Part shown: one piece after another, positions 49,048 to 59,560 of the stretch
How the letters are laid out: each line of letters starts with the position of its first letter
How positions within the stretch are numbered: position 1 is the first letter of the stretch
NCBI GenBank assembly: GCA_022605425.2
Contig: JAKIMF020000001.1
Span: forward strand, 2,480,001-2,544,000
DNA: 64,000 nt
Origin: Hamiltosporidium tvaerminnensis FI-OER-3-3
Lineage: Eukaryota; Fungi; Microsporidia
Reading direction: 5' to 3'
Made by a program: the position numbers and the translations under genes
The notes under the pieces: generated by a model
Told to the model about the DNA's origin: nothing
The model's input: only the letters and a program-made list of their open reading frames with translations
Databases searched by the model: none

Positions 49048-50406
49048 TTAATTAAAGAATGAATCAAACATTGAATCATTTTTTTCTTTTAACTTAACAA
49101 TCATATCAGATGCTATATCAGGCATATCCACTCCTTTTCGGTAAAAAAACAAATTACTTTTGGGCATCAATTTTTTCTCATCAAAAAGGTTCCATAAAAT
49201 TTCGGCTTCATCGACTCCAGCACAAGCAAATTCATGATTATTGATTAACGAATTGAAAATAATTTCATGATCTTTATATTTTCCATAATTTTCTACCATC
49301 ATTCTATCGATATCACAGCTTTCATAAATAACTAATTTTATAAATCCTTCTTTTGATTTAAATCTGAAATATATTTCGTTATCAGGAAACACATTAATAA
49401 TAAGTTCGAAATATTCAATATCTTTAACCGGAATCTCAATATGATTCTTAAATTGATCAGAAGAATCTAGGAATTCACATACTCTAGCCAGAGACTTTCT
49501 TTTAAATTCTATCCGTATTTCAGTTCGTTTTTCATTCAATCCTTTTCCAGCAATCAGAACAAACGGAACCTTTTTCCACCTTTCATTTTCTACAAACAAG
49601 GGTACAAGAACAAAAGTTTCGGTGTCCGAAGAAAATCCAAGTTCTTTATTATACTCTTCGTATTGTCCAAACAAAGTATATTTAATATTTATTTCTTTTA
49701 CTTTTTCAAGAAATTGAACTCTTTTTTCTTTTAAACTATCTGAATCCATGGATAACTCGTATGTACATCCAAGCAAACAAAATATTTCACTCAAATGGTT
49801 CTGCACAACATCCTTTACCAACCCATAATCATTGAAATATGATCTACCTTCAATTCCAAGTTCTTCTTTAATATAGATTTCGACACTTCGAACACAATTA
49901 TTATTTAGAAGACATCTAATAGAATCTCTTTTTGAAAGAATTTTTGGCAAAGCAACACACATAGGTTTAAGTAGGTAGTGATCTATGAGATATATTCGGG
50001 TATTTTCATGTTGTGATATAAATTTTCTAACATTTAAAAAACTTTTCAAATCATTTCCAAACGGTTTTTCCACAGCAATTTTTGGATTCGAAAAAATTGA
50101 AAGACCAGAAAAAAGCGTGGGATAAACGATAGGCGGGACAGAAAAGTAAAACAAAGTTTCTTCATCAACAAAATCTTTAAGTTTTTCAAGATTAGAATAT
50201 TCCCCAGAAATATACATTATTTTATCTAGAAATGACTGTTTATAGGTTTCAAATTCAGTTATTTTTGTAATAAAATTATCTTCAAGTTTTGCACGAGAAT
50301 ATCCTATTATCTTTAAATCCGGTGCACCTCCTTCTACTTTTGCAAGCGCTGGAAATAATTTTCTTTTGGCTAAATCACCACTCGCACCAAATATTACTAT
50401 TTTCAT
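49048..50406 (-). CDS. ZWF1: Glucose-6-phosphate 1-dehydrogenase
   Basis: IFGASGDLAKRKLFPAL, EKPFG, IDHYLLK, GIEGRSYF, DVVQNHL and AGKGL. CCCCC directly before the ATG. Confidence 0.96.
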   Translation of the reverse strand: MKIVIFGASGDLAKRKLFPALAKVEGGAPDLKIIGYSRAKLEDNFITKITEFETYKQSFLDKIMYISGEYSNLEKLKDFVDEETLFYFSVPPIVYPTLFSGLSIFSNPKIAVEKPFGNDLKSFLNVRKFISQHENTRIYLIDHYLLKPMCVALPKILSKRDSIRCLLNNNCVRSVEIYIKEELGIEGRSYFNDYGLVKDVVQNHLSEIFCLLGCTYELSMDSDSLKEKRVQFLEKVKEINIKYTLFGQYEEYNKELGFSSDTETFVLVPLFVENERWKKVPFVLIAGKGLNEKRTEIRIEFKRKSLARVCEFLDSSDQFKNHIEIPVKDIEYFELIINVFPDNEIYFRFKSKEGFIKLVIYESCDIDRMMVENYGKYKDHEIIFNSLINNHEFACAGVDEAEILWNLFDEKKLMPKSNLFFYRKGVDMPDIASDMIVKLKEKNDSMFDSFFN

Positions 50407-50889
50407 GGGGGACTAAATAATTACAAAATTTGTTATTTTTTTAAGAAAAAAAACGATTTTAAAAACATAAAAATTTTCATTTTTAAATGATTCGACCGCT
50501 TTATAAATGTTATAAATATAAGTTAAAGGTATATGAGGCTTGTAATCTTAAAAGCAGCGATTCTTTTGTGTTTGAATCCGAACTTTTATTTGCAATAATT
50601 TATAAAAATAGGTTTTTATTACGATTACTTTCATTTACCAATAATTTAGAAAAATAAATTATTTTTAAACTTATATCTTTAAATGCAATTACTTACTTGG
50701 TAGAATAAAGTATTTAAAATCCTCTTGCCTCACTTACTATCAACTTCTACTTTGATTTTTAAATTTTTTAATATTTTTTAAAAATTATAAAAATATGACT
50801 GTAAATTTCAGTTTATTAGATTTTACTAGTATTTCGTATAAAAAAATATCCATAATAAGAAATTTAAAAAATGATAATTAGTACTCCCT
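50407..50889. promoter_or_regulatory. Divergent intergenic region with microsporidian CCC start-proximal motifs at both ends
   Basis: GGGGG at 50407-50411 (CCCCC-ATG of G6PD on the minus strand) and CCCC at 50886-50889 region (CCCCT-ATG of the TFIIB-like gene). Confidence 0.7.
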
Positions 50890-51831
50890 ATGAGGAAAGA
50901 TGAAGAATATTGCTTACACAAAGAATTGGTGAATGGTATTTGTGTTGAATGTGGAATAATTTTAACCGAAAACAATTTTAATTATGAGTTTGATTATAAC
51001 ACAATGGCACCAAAATCTAATATAAAAAAACAATGGAAATATTCTGTAAAAATAGATGATTATGAAGAAATTACACAGATTGAGCAAATTTTGACTCCTT
51101 TAGAAAAATTGGAATACAAAAATGAAGTTCTTGAAATTTTAAAAACCAAAAAATTCAAATCTAGAATTGGAAAAATAGATAAAATTGTGTGTATAATATA
51201 TTTTATTTTAAAACGAGACTGTTTTCCAATTTCTACAACAGATTTAGCAAAATTTTCTAAAAAGAATAAAAAATTTCTGTTAAAAAACGTTTTTAAAGAA
51301 TTTCCATTCATAAAAATTTCACCAGAATATCTCAAAAACTTATTTAAACGATTTATAAATGAAATAGAAAGAAAAGGATTTGATTTAAATAAAATAACTG
51401 ATGAATATTCTACAATGTTGAATGATTTGATACAAATAGTAGAAAGCAATACACATAAAAATATTCATGAATTAATTATGGCATTTATTTTATATCAAAT
51501 AGAAGAAAATAATGAAATTGAACTTTTTTCTGTAATTTTACCAGTAGAAATTTATAAAAAATTTAAAAATAAATTTTTAGATTTTTATGAAAAAAATAAT
51601 CAAAAAAGTACTTTTTTAACAAAAACAAATACATTTAATAAAATTACTCAACGTGTAGATAAAGCATGTGCCAAATTAAAAGGCAAAGATATTTTTTATG
51701 ATAAAAAAATTGATATGATTGATATAATTATTGAGAAACTCTTGATACAAGGATATAATCCAGATGTATTAAAGACATATACAACTCGTAAATTAAAATC
51801 ACTTTCAATCAAATCAGATAAAAAAACATAA
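50890..51831 (+). CDS. Divergent TFIIB-family factor (zinc ribbon plus cyclin-like fold)
   Basis: N-terminal CLH...GICVECGIIL ribbon. VCIIYFILKRDCFPISTTDL resembles the TFIIB/Brf ACLYIACR..PRTxxE helix. CCCC before the ATG. Confidence 0.6.
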   Translation: MRKDEEYCLHKELVNGICVECGIILTENNFNYEFDYNTMAPKSNIKKQWKYSVKIDDYEEITQIEQILTPLEKLEYKNEVLEILKTKKFKSRIGKIDKIVCIIYFILKRDCFPISTTDLAKFSKKNKKFLLKNVFKEFPFIKISPEYLKNLFKRFINEIERKGFDLNKITDEYSTMLNDLIQIVESNTHKNIHELIMAFILYQIEENNEIELFSVILPVEIYKKFKNKFLDFYEKNNQKSTFLTKTNTFNKITQRVDKACAKLKGKDIFYDKKIDMIDIIIEKLLIQGYNPDVLKTYTTRKLKSLSIKSDKKT

Positions 51832-52112
51832 AAAATTTTAAATTTTTATTTACAAATTTATATTTCTGATTAGCAATTCTCATATCTAAGTATAAATATA
51901 AAAAAAAAAGAAATAAAATCTGGAAATTTAAATTATTTCATATTTCTATAAAAAGAAACATAAATTTTATAATTTCTTATATTTAAACCATGTTTCTTAT
52001 TTTAACTGATGATTTATTATAAAATAATATTTTTTATTCATCTCTAAACTAAATTAATTTATTTCTTTTTATAGTATATTGATTTTATCTTTTTTGAATA
52101 TTTAAATATATC

Positions 52113-52282
52113 TCTATTAAAGGATTTATTTTATTAGAAGATAAATTCTATTAAATGATTTATTCTATAAGAAGATAAATTCTATTAAATGATTTATTTC
52201 ATAAGAAGATAAATTCTATTAAATGATTTATTATATAAGAAGATAAATTCTATTAAATGATTTATTTCATAAGAAGATAAAA
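52113..52282. repeat. Minisatellite, ~5 x 34 bp
   Basis: Unit ATAAGAAGATAAATTCTATTAAATGATTTATTNN, head-to-tail. Confidence 0.9.
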
Positions 52283-52518
52283 ATTTTAAGTTAAATTTTC
52301 TTAGTACTAATACGCTTAAAGGAATAAAAAATTGTATTTTTTAGATTGGAAATATAAATTTATTAAAGATTAAAAAGAGTAAATAAATTCAAATATTATA
52401 AGATGTAAGTAATATCCTAATAAATGCTTAAAAAAATAAATATTTATTTTTTCTGAAATTTTAGTTAAATTATTTGTAATTTAATATATTTTTTCTTAAA
52501 TAAGTATTAAATAGCAAA

Positions 52519-52601
52519 TTTATTTAATAAAATTCTGGTTTAAAATATTTTTTTACAACTTTTATATATTTTCTTCCACCTCTTTTACCACGTTTGTTTC
52601 C
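52519..52601 (-). mobile_element. Extreme 5'-truncated (~83 bp) R4/Dong-type insertion
   Basis: Encodes the last codons VVKEVEENI* and the shared 3' UTR ending CCAGAATTTTATTAAATAAA. Confidence 0.85.
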
Positions 52602-52607
52602 ATTTAA

Positions 52608-52728
52608 AAATTATAAATGAATTAAAGGTATTTTGAATTATAAAATAGCAAATTATAAATGAATTAAAAGTATTTTGAATTATAAAATAGCAAATTATAA
52701 ATGAATTAAAAGTATTTTGAATTATAAA
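52608..52728. repeat. Tandem repeat, ~3 x 42 bp, at the 5' junction of the truncated retroelement
   Basis: Unit AAATTATAAATGAATTAAAAGTATTTTGAATTATAAAATAGC. Confidence 0.9.
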
Positions 52729-53361
52729 TTTGTTGTAGAGCTAACGAATTTATTGACTAAAAATATATTTCTAAATATTTATTGGAAGAGTCTTATTTAT
52801 AAACTACAGTTTATGTTAAAAGTTTATTGATATATTGTTTTGTAATTTTCTATGATTGGAAATGTTTGATTACAGATTTTTTTGTAAAAAATTATTAATT
52901 TATTTTATTTCGTTTGTAAATATATATGAAGTATATCTGAAAAATTAAATAAATAAATTATGATTTGATATTCTAAGCAATGGATAAAACAAATTCGAAT
53001 ATTTATACTTTTGTATGATGAATGTTGCTGATTAATTACTTAGATAAGTAAAAAGGTGTTTTTATACTCAGATTTTTTGCAAATGAAGAATTTTGAACAA
53101 AATTTTGGTATTTACTTCGAAAACATAAAATTTGAAAGCGTAGATACGAAAAGTTAAAAAATACAAAAAAGTGTGTAAATACGAAATGATGAAAACTTAA
53201 TCTAATTATAAATACAACAAATTGATGCAATATATGAAATTCAAAATGTAATTTATAGTTTACATGGATTTTTGATAAAATATTTTAAATAAAATATTGA
53301 TTCATAATTGAAAAAGGCCGCTTAGATTTCAATAATTAACTTTAATTAATATTTTATACAA

Positions 53362-54105
53362 TTAAATCGATACATAGTCAAGGGTAGACCATTGAGTTGT
53401 TATTATTTTCACACACGTACTTACAATATAAAAAAATGTAATTATTTTAGAGAAAAATCTCTTTCCAAATAAAAATTCATTTTCTTTTTCCAATTTATCA
53501 TTTAATCCAATTAAATATCCAATAAAAAAACCAATCAATGAATTTACGATCGTCAAATCTATTCTAGAATATCTCGAGACCATACAGATTGGTAAAATAA
53601 AGTAAATAAATGTAAAAACTATTATCATTTTATCAAGTATTTTACGTTTTTTTATATATTTGTCAGGAAAAACCTCCGAAAATAACTTTCCTTGAAAAAC
53701 GGACAATACAAATTGAATCGCGCAAATAATTGTCATAAATATTTGGAACAAATATATTGAATTATATCCCAGTTTAAATATAACTTGAAATATTATATCA
53801 GTCAGTATTGTAAAAATAGATATTTTTAAAATTCTTAATACAGTAACAGAATATTCTTCAGACTTGTTATTATCTTCATTCAAACTATAATTCTTCTTAA
53901 CTTTTTTATAAAAAAAAATTGCATTTATAATAAAAATCGGTAAAAATAAATATGAAAGTCGAATGTTCTTTGACAAAAAAGCCAATTCATTAAATATCAC
54001 GAAAGAAAGAATTGAAACCAAAAAGAAATATTTTGAAGTTATTTTTTCCAATGAAATTTCATTTTTTATAGAATTTATATTTCTTTGCATTTCTAAATCT
54101 TTCAT
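53362..54105 (-). CDS. Multi-pass membrane protein of unknown function
   Basis: 247 aa with about 6-7 hydrophobic segments. No family recognised. Confidence 0.65.
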   Translation of the reverse strand: MKDLEMQRNINSIKNEISLEKITSKYFFLVSILSFVIFNELAFLSKNIRLSYLFLPIFIINAIFFYKKVKKNYSLNEDNNKSEEYSVTVLRILKISIFTILTDIIFQVIFKLGYNSIYLFQIFMTIICAIQFVLSVFQGKLFSEVFPDKYIKKRKILDKMIIVFTFIYFILPICMVSRYSRIDLTIVNSLIGFFIGYLIGLNDKLEKENEFLFGKRFFSKIITFFYIVSTCVKIITTQWSTLDYVSI

Positions 54106-54610
54106 TATTTTTTTTAAATGAATATTTTATACTTTTTTTAAAAAAATTCAATTTTACTAAAAATAGATAAATTTAAATTACTGATTAAAATATTAAATTT
54201 TCAATTTATTTTTTCATTATATCATATAAAGAAAAATATAAAAATAAAACGACTTTGAATTATAAATAAATTTAAATTTAATTATGATTTCAAAGAAAGA
54301 GTATTTAAGATTTCAAACTAGAAAATAGTATTTTTTAATATGAATAACTCTATTTATAAACTAAGGAAAAAAACTTTAATTCTATTTAAATTTATGTTCA
54401 TTAAGATTTTTATAAGAGATAGAAGTGGTTAAAATGATGGAAAATAAATATAAAAGACGGAAATTTATTAATTCAGATTTTTATTAAATTTAATTCTCTT
54501 TCACTTTCAAATTTATTTCAAGCAAAGTTAAAAGGAAAATAATTAAATTTTACTTTGTTTTAAATCTCTGACAAGCAAAAGGAAAAATATTTTAGTATAA
54601 AAATTTTATT

Positions 54611-55330
54611 TTATTTCTCTTTCAATTCTATTTTATTTATTTTCATATAAAACGTTATTTGTCTTTTTTCAATTTCTTCAGGATGAACTTCTACAGAATA
54701 ATCTTTTATAATTATTTTCTTTTTAAAAATAGGACAATCAATTACAATAGTTTCATACTCACCTCCTTCACCACATTGATTTTCACTTAAAACATTTTGA
54801 ATACCAGATATTTCCATATTTATACATTCTTTTTTTAGAGCAGGAGTAGCAACCTTTACAATAACAGCTTTCATTCCGTTTTCAATCATTTCGTTTAATA
54901 AATTTTTTTGATCTAAATTCCATAGCGGAGATAAAGAGATTAAATCTAATCGTTGACAAATATTTTCTACTCGGTTTTTCTGATATTTCGATAGAATCGC
55001 ACCGGAAGAAACACCTGTAAAGACATATTTCTTTTTCATATCTAAAATAGCAAAATATAAATCTTCAATTTCATCTTCAATAGTTCCTTCATATTCTAAT
55101 TCTATATTCTTCGCTGTGTTTTTTATAGAATAAATATGTAATGGTATGTCCATACACTCAGCAATATATCTTAATGCTTCAGATCCTACTGTTTGATACA
55201 TATAACTGTCTGTGTAAATTTCATTTGATTCCATATAAAGCAGTGCAATTAGATTATTTCCATTTTTAATCAGTTTATAAATGCTATAGATACTATCTTT
55301 TCCACCACTGGTCAAACCAATAAAATCCAT
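54611..55330 (-). CDS. DPH6: Diphthine-ammonia ligase
   Basis: PP-loop SGGKDS, DSYMYQTVG, DEIEDL, GAILSKYQKNRVE, PLW and CGEGGEYET. CCC before the ATG. Confidence 0.95.
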   Translation of the reverse strand: MDFIGLTSGGKDSIYSIYKLIKNGNNLIALLYMESNEIYTDSYMYQTVGSEALRYIAECMDIPLHIYSIKNTAKNIELEYEGTIEDEIEDLYFAILDMKKKYVFTGVSSGAILSKYQKNRVENICQRLDLISLSPLWNLDQKNLLNEMIENGMKAVIVKVATPALKKECINMEISGIQNVLSENQCGEGGEYETIVIDCPIFKKKIIIKDYSVEVHPEEIEKRQITFYMKINKIELKEK

Positions 55331-56059
55331 AAAGGGATGCTATATCTGTAAATTAAATCAATAATTGGAACTTTTCGAATTTAAAACAGATTCCTTTTTA
55401 AAAATTATAAATAGTGAAGAAGAAAAGAATATATTTAAAATAATGTGTCAATTACTTATATATATATATAAGCTGTGGTCTTAGAATATCAATGAGTTAA
55501 AGTTGTTTTAATTTTTGCTTTGAAGCTTTCTTTTAAATATTAAAATAACAATCATTTTAAAGAAAGATAAGAGTTTCGATTTAATAATTTATTTTGAACT
55601 GAAAAATCGGGTAGGATCCTAATAAAAACGATATACACATCAGAATATTGCATCAGAGTTATATTTAAATCTATTTATATTACTGTAAGATTAGAATAAA
55701 ATTTAAATCAAAAATACTTAGAAAATACTAATTAATACGAATCAAATTAAAACTCATTTAATTGTAAATTGAATAATTTTATTTGAATAGAGTCAAGATA
55801 ATATTAAAAACTTTTAAAAACATACAGAATTAAAAAATAATATTTGATTGATTCATTCAATAAGCATCACAAATGTTTTGGAAAAAGTATATTTTATTCT
55901 TTCATGAAATCAACGAATTTCCGGGGTTTACAGATAAATTATATTTAAACATTGCATTGGTATTCCTTAGATACCTAAATTTCAAAGTTTTATTTAATTT
56001 AAAAAGTGTGTTACACAATAAATAGGCCAAATATTTCAGAGTTCGTTGATATTCGTCTC

Positions 56060-56530
56060 CTACCATATGAGCGTTGTTCGCAATACGATTTTAATTCGCA
56101 GAATTTGCAACATTCCTACTTACTCTAACTTTCGAATCGAAAAGCTTTAGGCTAAGATATATCTCTTTTACTTATTTTGGGTCTATCGAAACAATGTAAC
56201 GGCATTCAAATGGGTATAGCTGCTAATTAGCATTCCCTGCTCTTTAAAAAATATATTTTTTGATCCACAAGCACAAGTCCTTTAACTCAAATAAGCATGG
56301 CTAAGTTTCCATGGTTTTAAATAGTCTTTACCTACAGTTTGGGCCTTCCTTACCAATATAGTTATATAAACCCAAACTAAGTTTATAGAAAATTTAATTA
56401 TTTTGTAGACTTTCTACTCCTCATACAAATCTCCATGGAACAACCAAAATTTGTGTAGTTTTAATCCACGCAAAATCCAAACAATTATCTTTGCATAAAT
56501 TTCGTATACTCTCTGTCTTAAGATGGTTTT
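56060..56530. repeat. Unclassified dispersed repeat, copy 2 (homologous to ~47990-48480)
   Basis: Same colinear blocks as copy 1, in the same orientation. Confidence 0.7.
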
Positions 56531-57454
56531 TAACTTTTTATTTTCTTTTCACCGACGATCAAATATAAAAAATAATTTACAATATTTTTACATTTTTGTT
56601 TCATAAAACATAATCAAGTAAAAATTTCAGGTCAATTTGAATATTATATCGTATAGAATCTCATTAATTATTATTGAGTGATACCTTTTTAAATACAAAA
56701 ATAATTTGTACTTTTTTTTAAGTTAAAAATAATTTTTCGATCATACTTTGATCTAATTTGCCAACACATCAATTGAAACAAAAGTAGAAAAATTTGGCCT
56801 CTGTTCTGGCTATCTTTGACATAATTTTGTTTATTTTAAAATCTTTTATATTTTTATCAGTGAAATATAACAGATTTGTTCAAATATATTTACTTATTCA
56901 AATATATTTACAGATTTTGATTTTAATGTATGAAAGATAATATCATCTTTAATTTATCACTTTCTTTTATCATTTATATGAGATTTAAACAAAAATGGGA
57001 AAAAAAATTACCTAAATTCAATTGAGATTAGATTCAATTCATAGAAGGAAACAGCAGAATGAATAGCATTTTGCAATCCACAAATTATGAAATTATTTGA
57101 AACATAATCAGAAGAAATGTATTTAAGATTTTAAAAATATAGTTATAAACGAGATTATGACATCAATCAACAAATATAAGATTGAATGTTGATTAGGTAT
57201 CATTTCAATAGTACTCGGATAATTTTGAGTAGAAAACAATTAATACACCTAAAATTGTCGTAATTGAATGTTTAATTAATTCTGAATGATTTGAGATTTA
57301 AATAATTCAGATTTATTTGAAAAATATTTATCAAAAAAATATTTAATCGTGTAAAAAGCACAGATATAGAAATTTTTTAAATTGTTTTGTATTTTATCGC
57401 AATAAAGAAGTGATTATAAGCATAAAATAAATTCATGTTTTTTTAGGGATTTGA

Positions 57455-58771
57455 ATGGGTAGTATTAAAGTTATCATGAAACTATTCAGAATTTATCTTT
57501 TTGCAGTATATTTGTTTGTCGAACTATCAGTTGGGAAAATGGATTTAACAAAAAAAGAAAAATATTTTTCACGAAAATGTCATAGTTTATATACAATCGA
57601 AACCATGAAATTTGAATATTTACCAAAAGCAATAGATTTTACATATTTTATCCTTTACCCAACTATTTCGATACATGCTTTTGAATCCATCTCGTCATAT
57701 TTACAATCAGGTATTTCAACAAAGTACGAACTTGTATTTTATCATCCTTACCGAAATTATGTCGGCAATTCATTTGAAATTATCTTTCAAAACTTTGAAT
57801 TGAACCGAATAAATAATGAATTTTGGTCATTTTCAAAATACAATAAATCAGGTTTCTTAAATATGGAAATTAGAAGAGAGAAATATAAAATATTTCGAAA
57901 GGAATTCCTTAAATATTTCTTAAAATTGTTTTTTTCGATCTTTAAAGTGGTTAATAGGCTATTTACTTATTCAAATTTAAATGGAATCGAGTTTCCAAAT
58001 ATTACAATAAATGATATAACGAACGGTATATCGAAAGAAATACCGGCTTATTATCAAAAAATACCTAATTTTTCAATTTTTAATCAAAATAGTTATGTTT
58101 GTCTGAAAATTTTCTCAGAAAATGTAGATTTGAATACAAGGATCGATAGAGAAAAAATTGTTGAACAATTTAATTTATTATTTAATGAATTTCCATCAAA
58201 GGTATGTTTTGGAATGTATATTAATTTTTTAACCAATATGAGCCAATCTGAAATACATAAAGCTCCAGATACGACCATGGAATCATGTAAAACTATAATT
58301 AACGATTATCGAATAATTTTTTCCGATAGTCATATTCTAGAAAATATCGAAGGGAAAATTTCGGTTGCAAAAAGGCTATTTAATTTCGAAAAATCTGATT
58401 ACACTTTCAAATATGAACATTTTTTTACTTCAAACAAACTTCAGCGTTCTGATTATAAGTTTTATATTTTATTTCAAAGAAATACTAAAATATTTGAATT
58501 TAACTATAAATGGTACAATTCTTGTGATTTTAATCAGCAAAACAATTATTCTTCATTCTATATAGCTGTTTATATTTCATTTGATATATATTTAATAGAA
58601 TTTAAAGAATATAAGAATCAAAGATATTTCCATATCACCAAAGTAGAAAGTTCTAATCATAGAATAAAATACTTCGATAATGATAAACTATATTACAAGA
58701 GAAATGTAGTCGAAATAAGTCGATTTCTAGACAAAATAATTTTTTATCAAAGAGATGAATATTTAATTTAG
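57455..58771 (+). CDS. Lineage-specific putative secreted protein, ~437-aa family (paralogue 3, more divergent)
   Basis: 438 aa with hydrophobic IYLFAVYLFVEL. DLT...YFSRKCHSLYTIET, ITINDITNG...IP, FNLLF, KFYILF...IFEFN and FLDKIIF align with paralogues 1 and 2. Confidence 0.78.
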   Translation: MGSIKVIMKLFRIYLFAVYLFVELSVGKMDLTKKEKYFSRKCHSLYTIETMKFEYLPKAIDFTYFILYPTISIHAFESISSYLQSGISTKYELVFYHPYRNYVGNSFEIIFQNFELNRINNEFWSFSKYNKSGFLNMEIRREKYKIFRKEFLKYFLKLFFSIFKVVNRLFTYSNLNGIEFPNITINDITNGISKEIPAYYQKIPNFSIFNQNSYVCLKIFSENVDLNTRIDREKIVEQFNLLFNEFPSKVCFGMYINFLTNMSQSEIHKAPDTTMESCKTIINDYRIIFSDSHILENIEGKISVAKRLFNFEKSDYTFKYEHFFTSNKLQRSDYKFYILFQRNTKIFEFNYKWYNSCDFNQQNNYSSFYIAVYISFDIYLIEFKEYKNQRYFHITKVESSNHRIKYFDNDKLYYKRNVVEISRFLDKIIFYQRDEYLI

Positions 58772-59324
58772 ATTTGGACAATCAATTTTTAAGAATAATA
58801 AAGATATTTTAATTTAAAGGTTTATTTATGAATCGTTGTTTTAATTGATTATTTAATAGATCAGTAATATTGAGTTATTTTTTTTAAACCGCATTTCTAT
58901 TATAAATATTTGATTAAACTTTCAAAGCTCTGTAAAATTTAAATACAAAACATAATTTGAATTCAATCAAAAATTTAATTTATCAAAAATATTTGTATCG
59001 CTACCTGGTATTTCATATACTCTAAATATACTAAAAAGCATCTGAAAAATATACTCAATCTTTTATGTATATCTTAATTGATAAAAAAAAACATATTAAA
59101 ACATTTATGTGATATGGAAGGTTGAATCAAAATTTTCTCAGACTAACAAACTTATTGAAAACTTGAATGGGTTTTTATCAATTTTTTGATCTAAAAAGAA
59201 GAGTAAATAATAACTATTTAGTTTATAAAATAGAGAAACAGTATAAAAATAAAATCGTGCAATAAAATTACTAAAGAATCAAATTACGAAATTCAAAATT
59301 AAATATATTCAATAATATGAAACA

Positions 59325-59560
59325 ATGGTAGGACACCTGCTAAGAATGGAGAGATATTGCATGCCTTCCAAAGCTTTGAACCATATACCAGTCGGGAAAA
59401 GGAATGTGGCAATACCTAAGACTCGCTGGATTGATCAAATCAAAAAGACCCCCCGGCTTCTGGGAGTAGAATACTGGTGGACTGTTGCGCTGGGAAGCGA
59501 CCGGTGGGCGACATTGATGAGGGAGGCCACGAATCGCGACGGGTTGTAGCACCGAGGATA
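59325..59560 (+). mobile_element. 5'-truncated RTE-clade LINE 3' end
   Basis: GHLLRM...PSKAL...GKRNVAIPKTRWIDQI...W...A...DRW...EA...GL* is the typical RTE ORF C-terminus. Very short 3' UTR. Possible degenerate TSD (AATAATATGAAACA / AATAAATTTCGAAACA). Confidence 0.85.
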
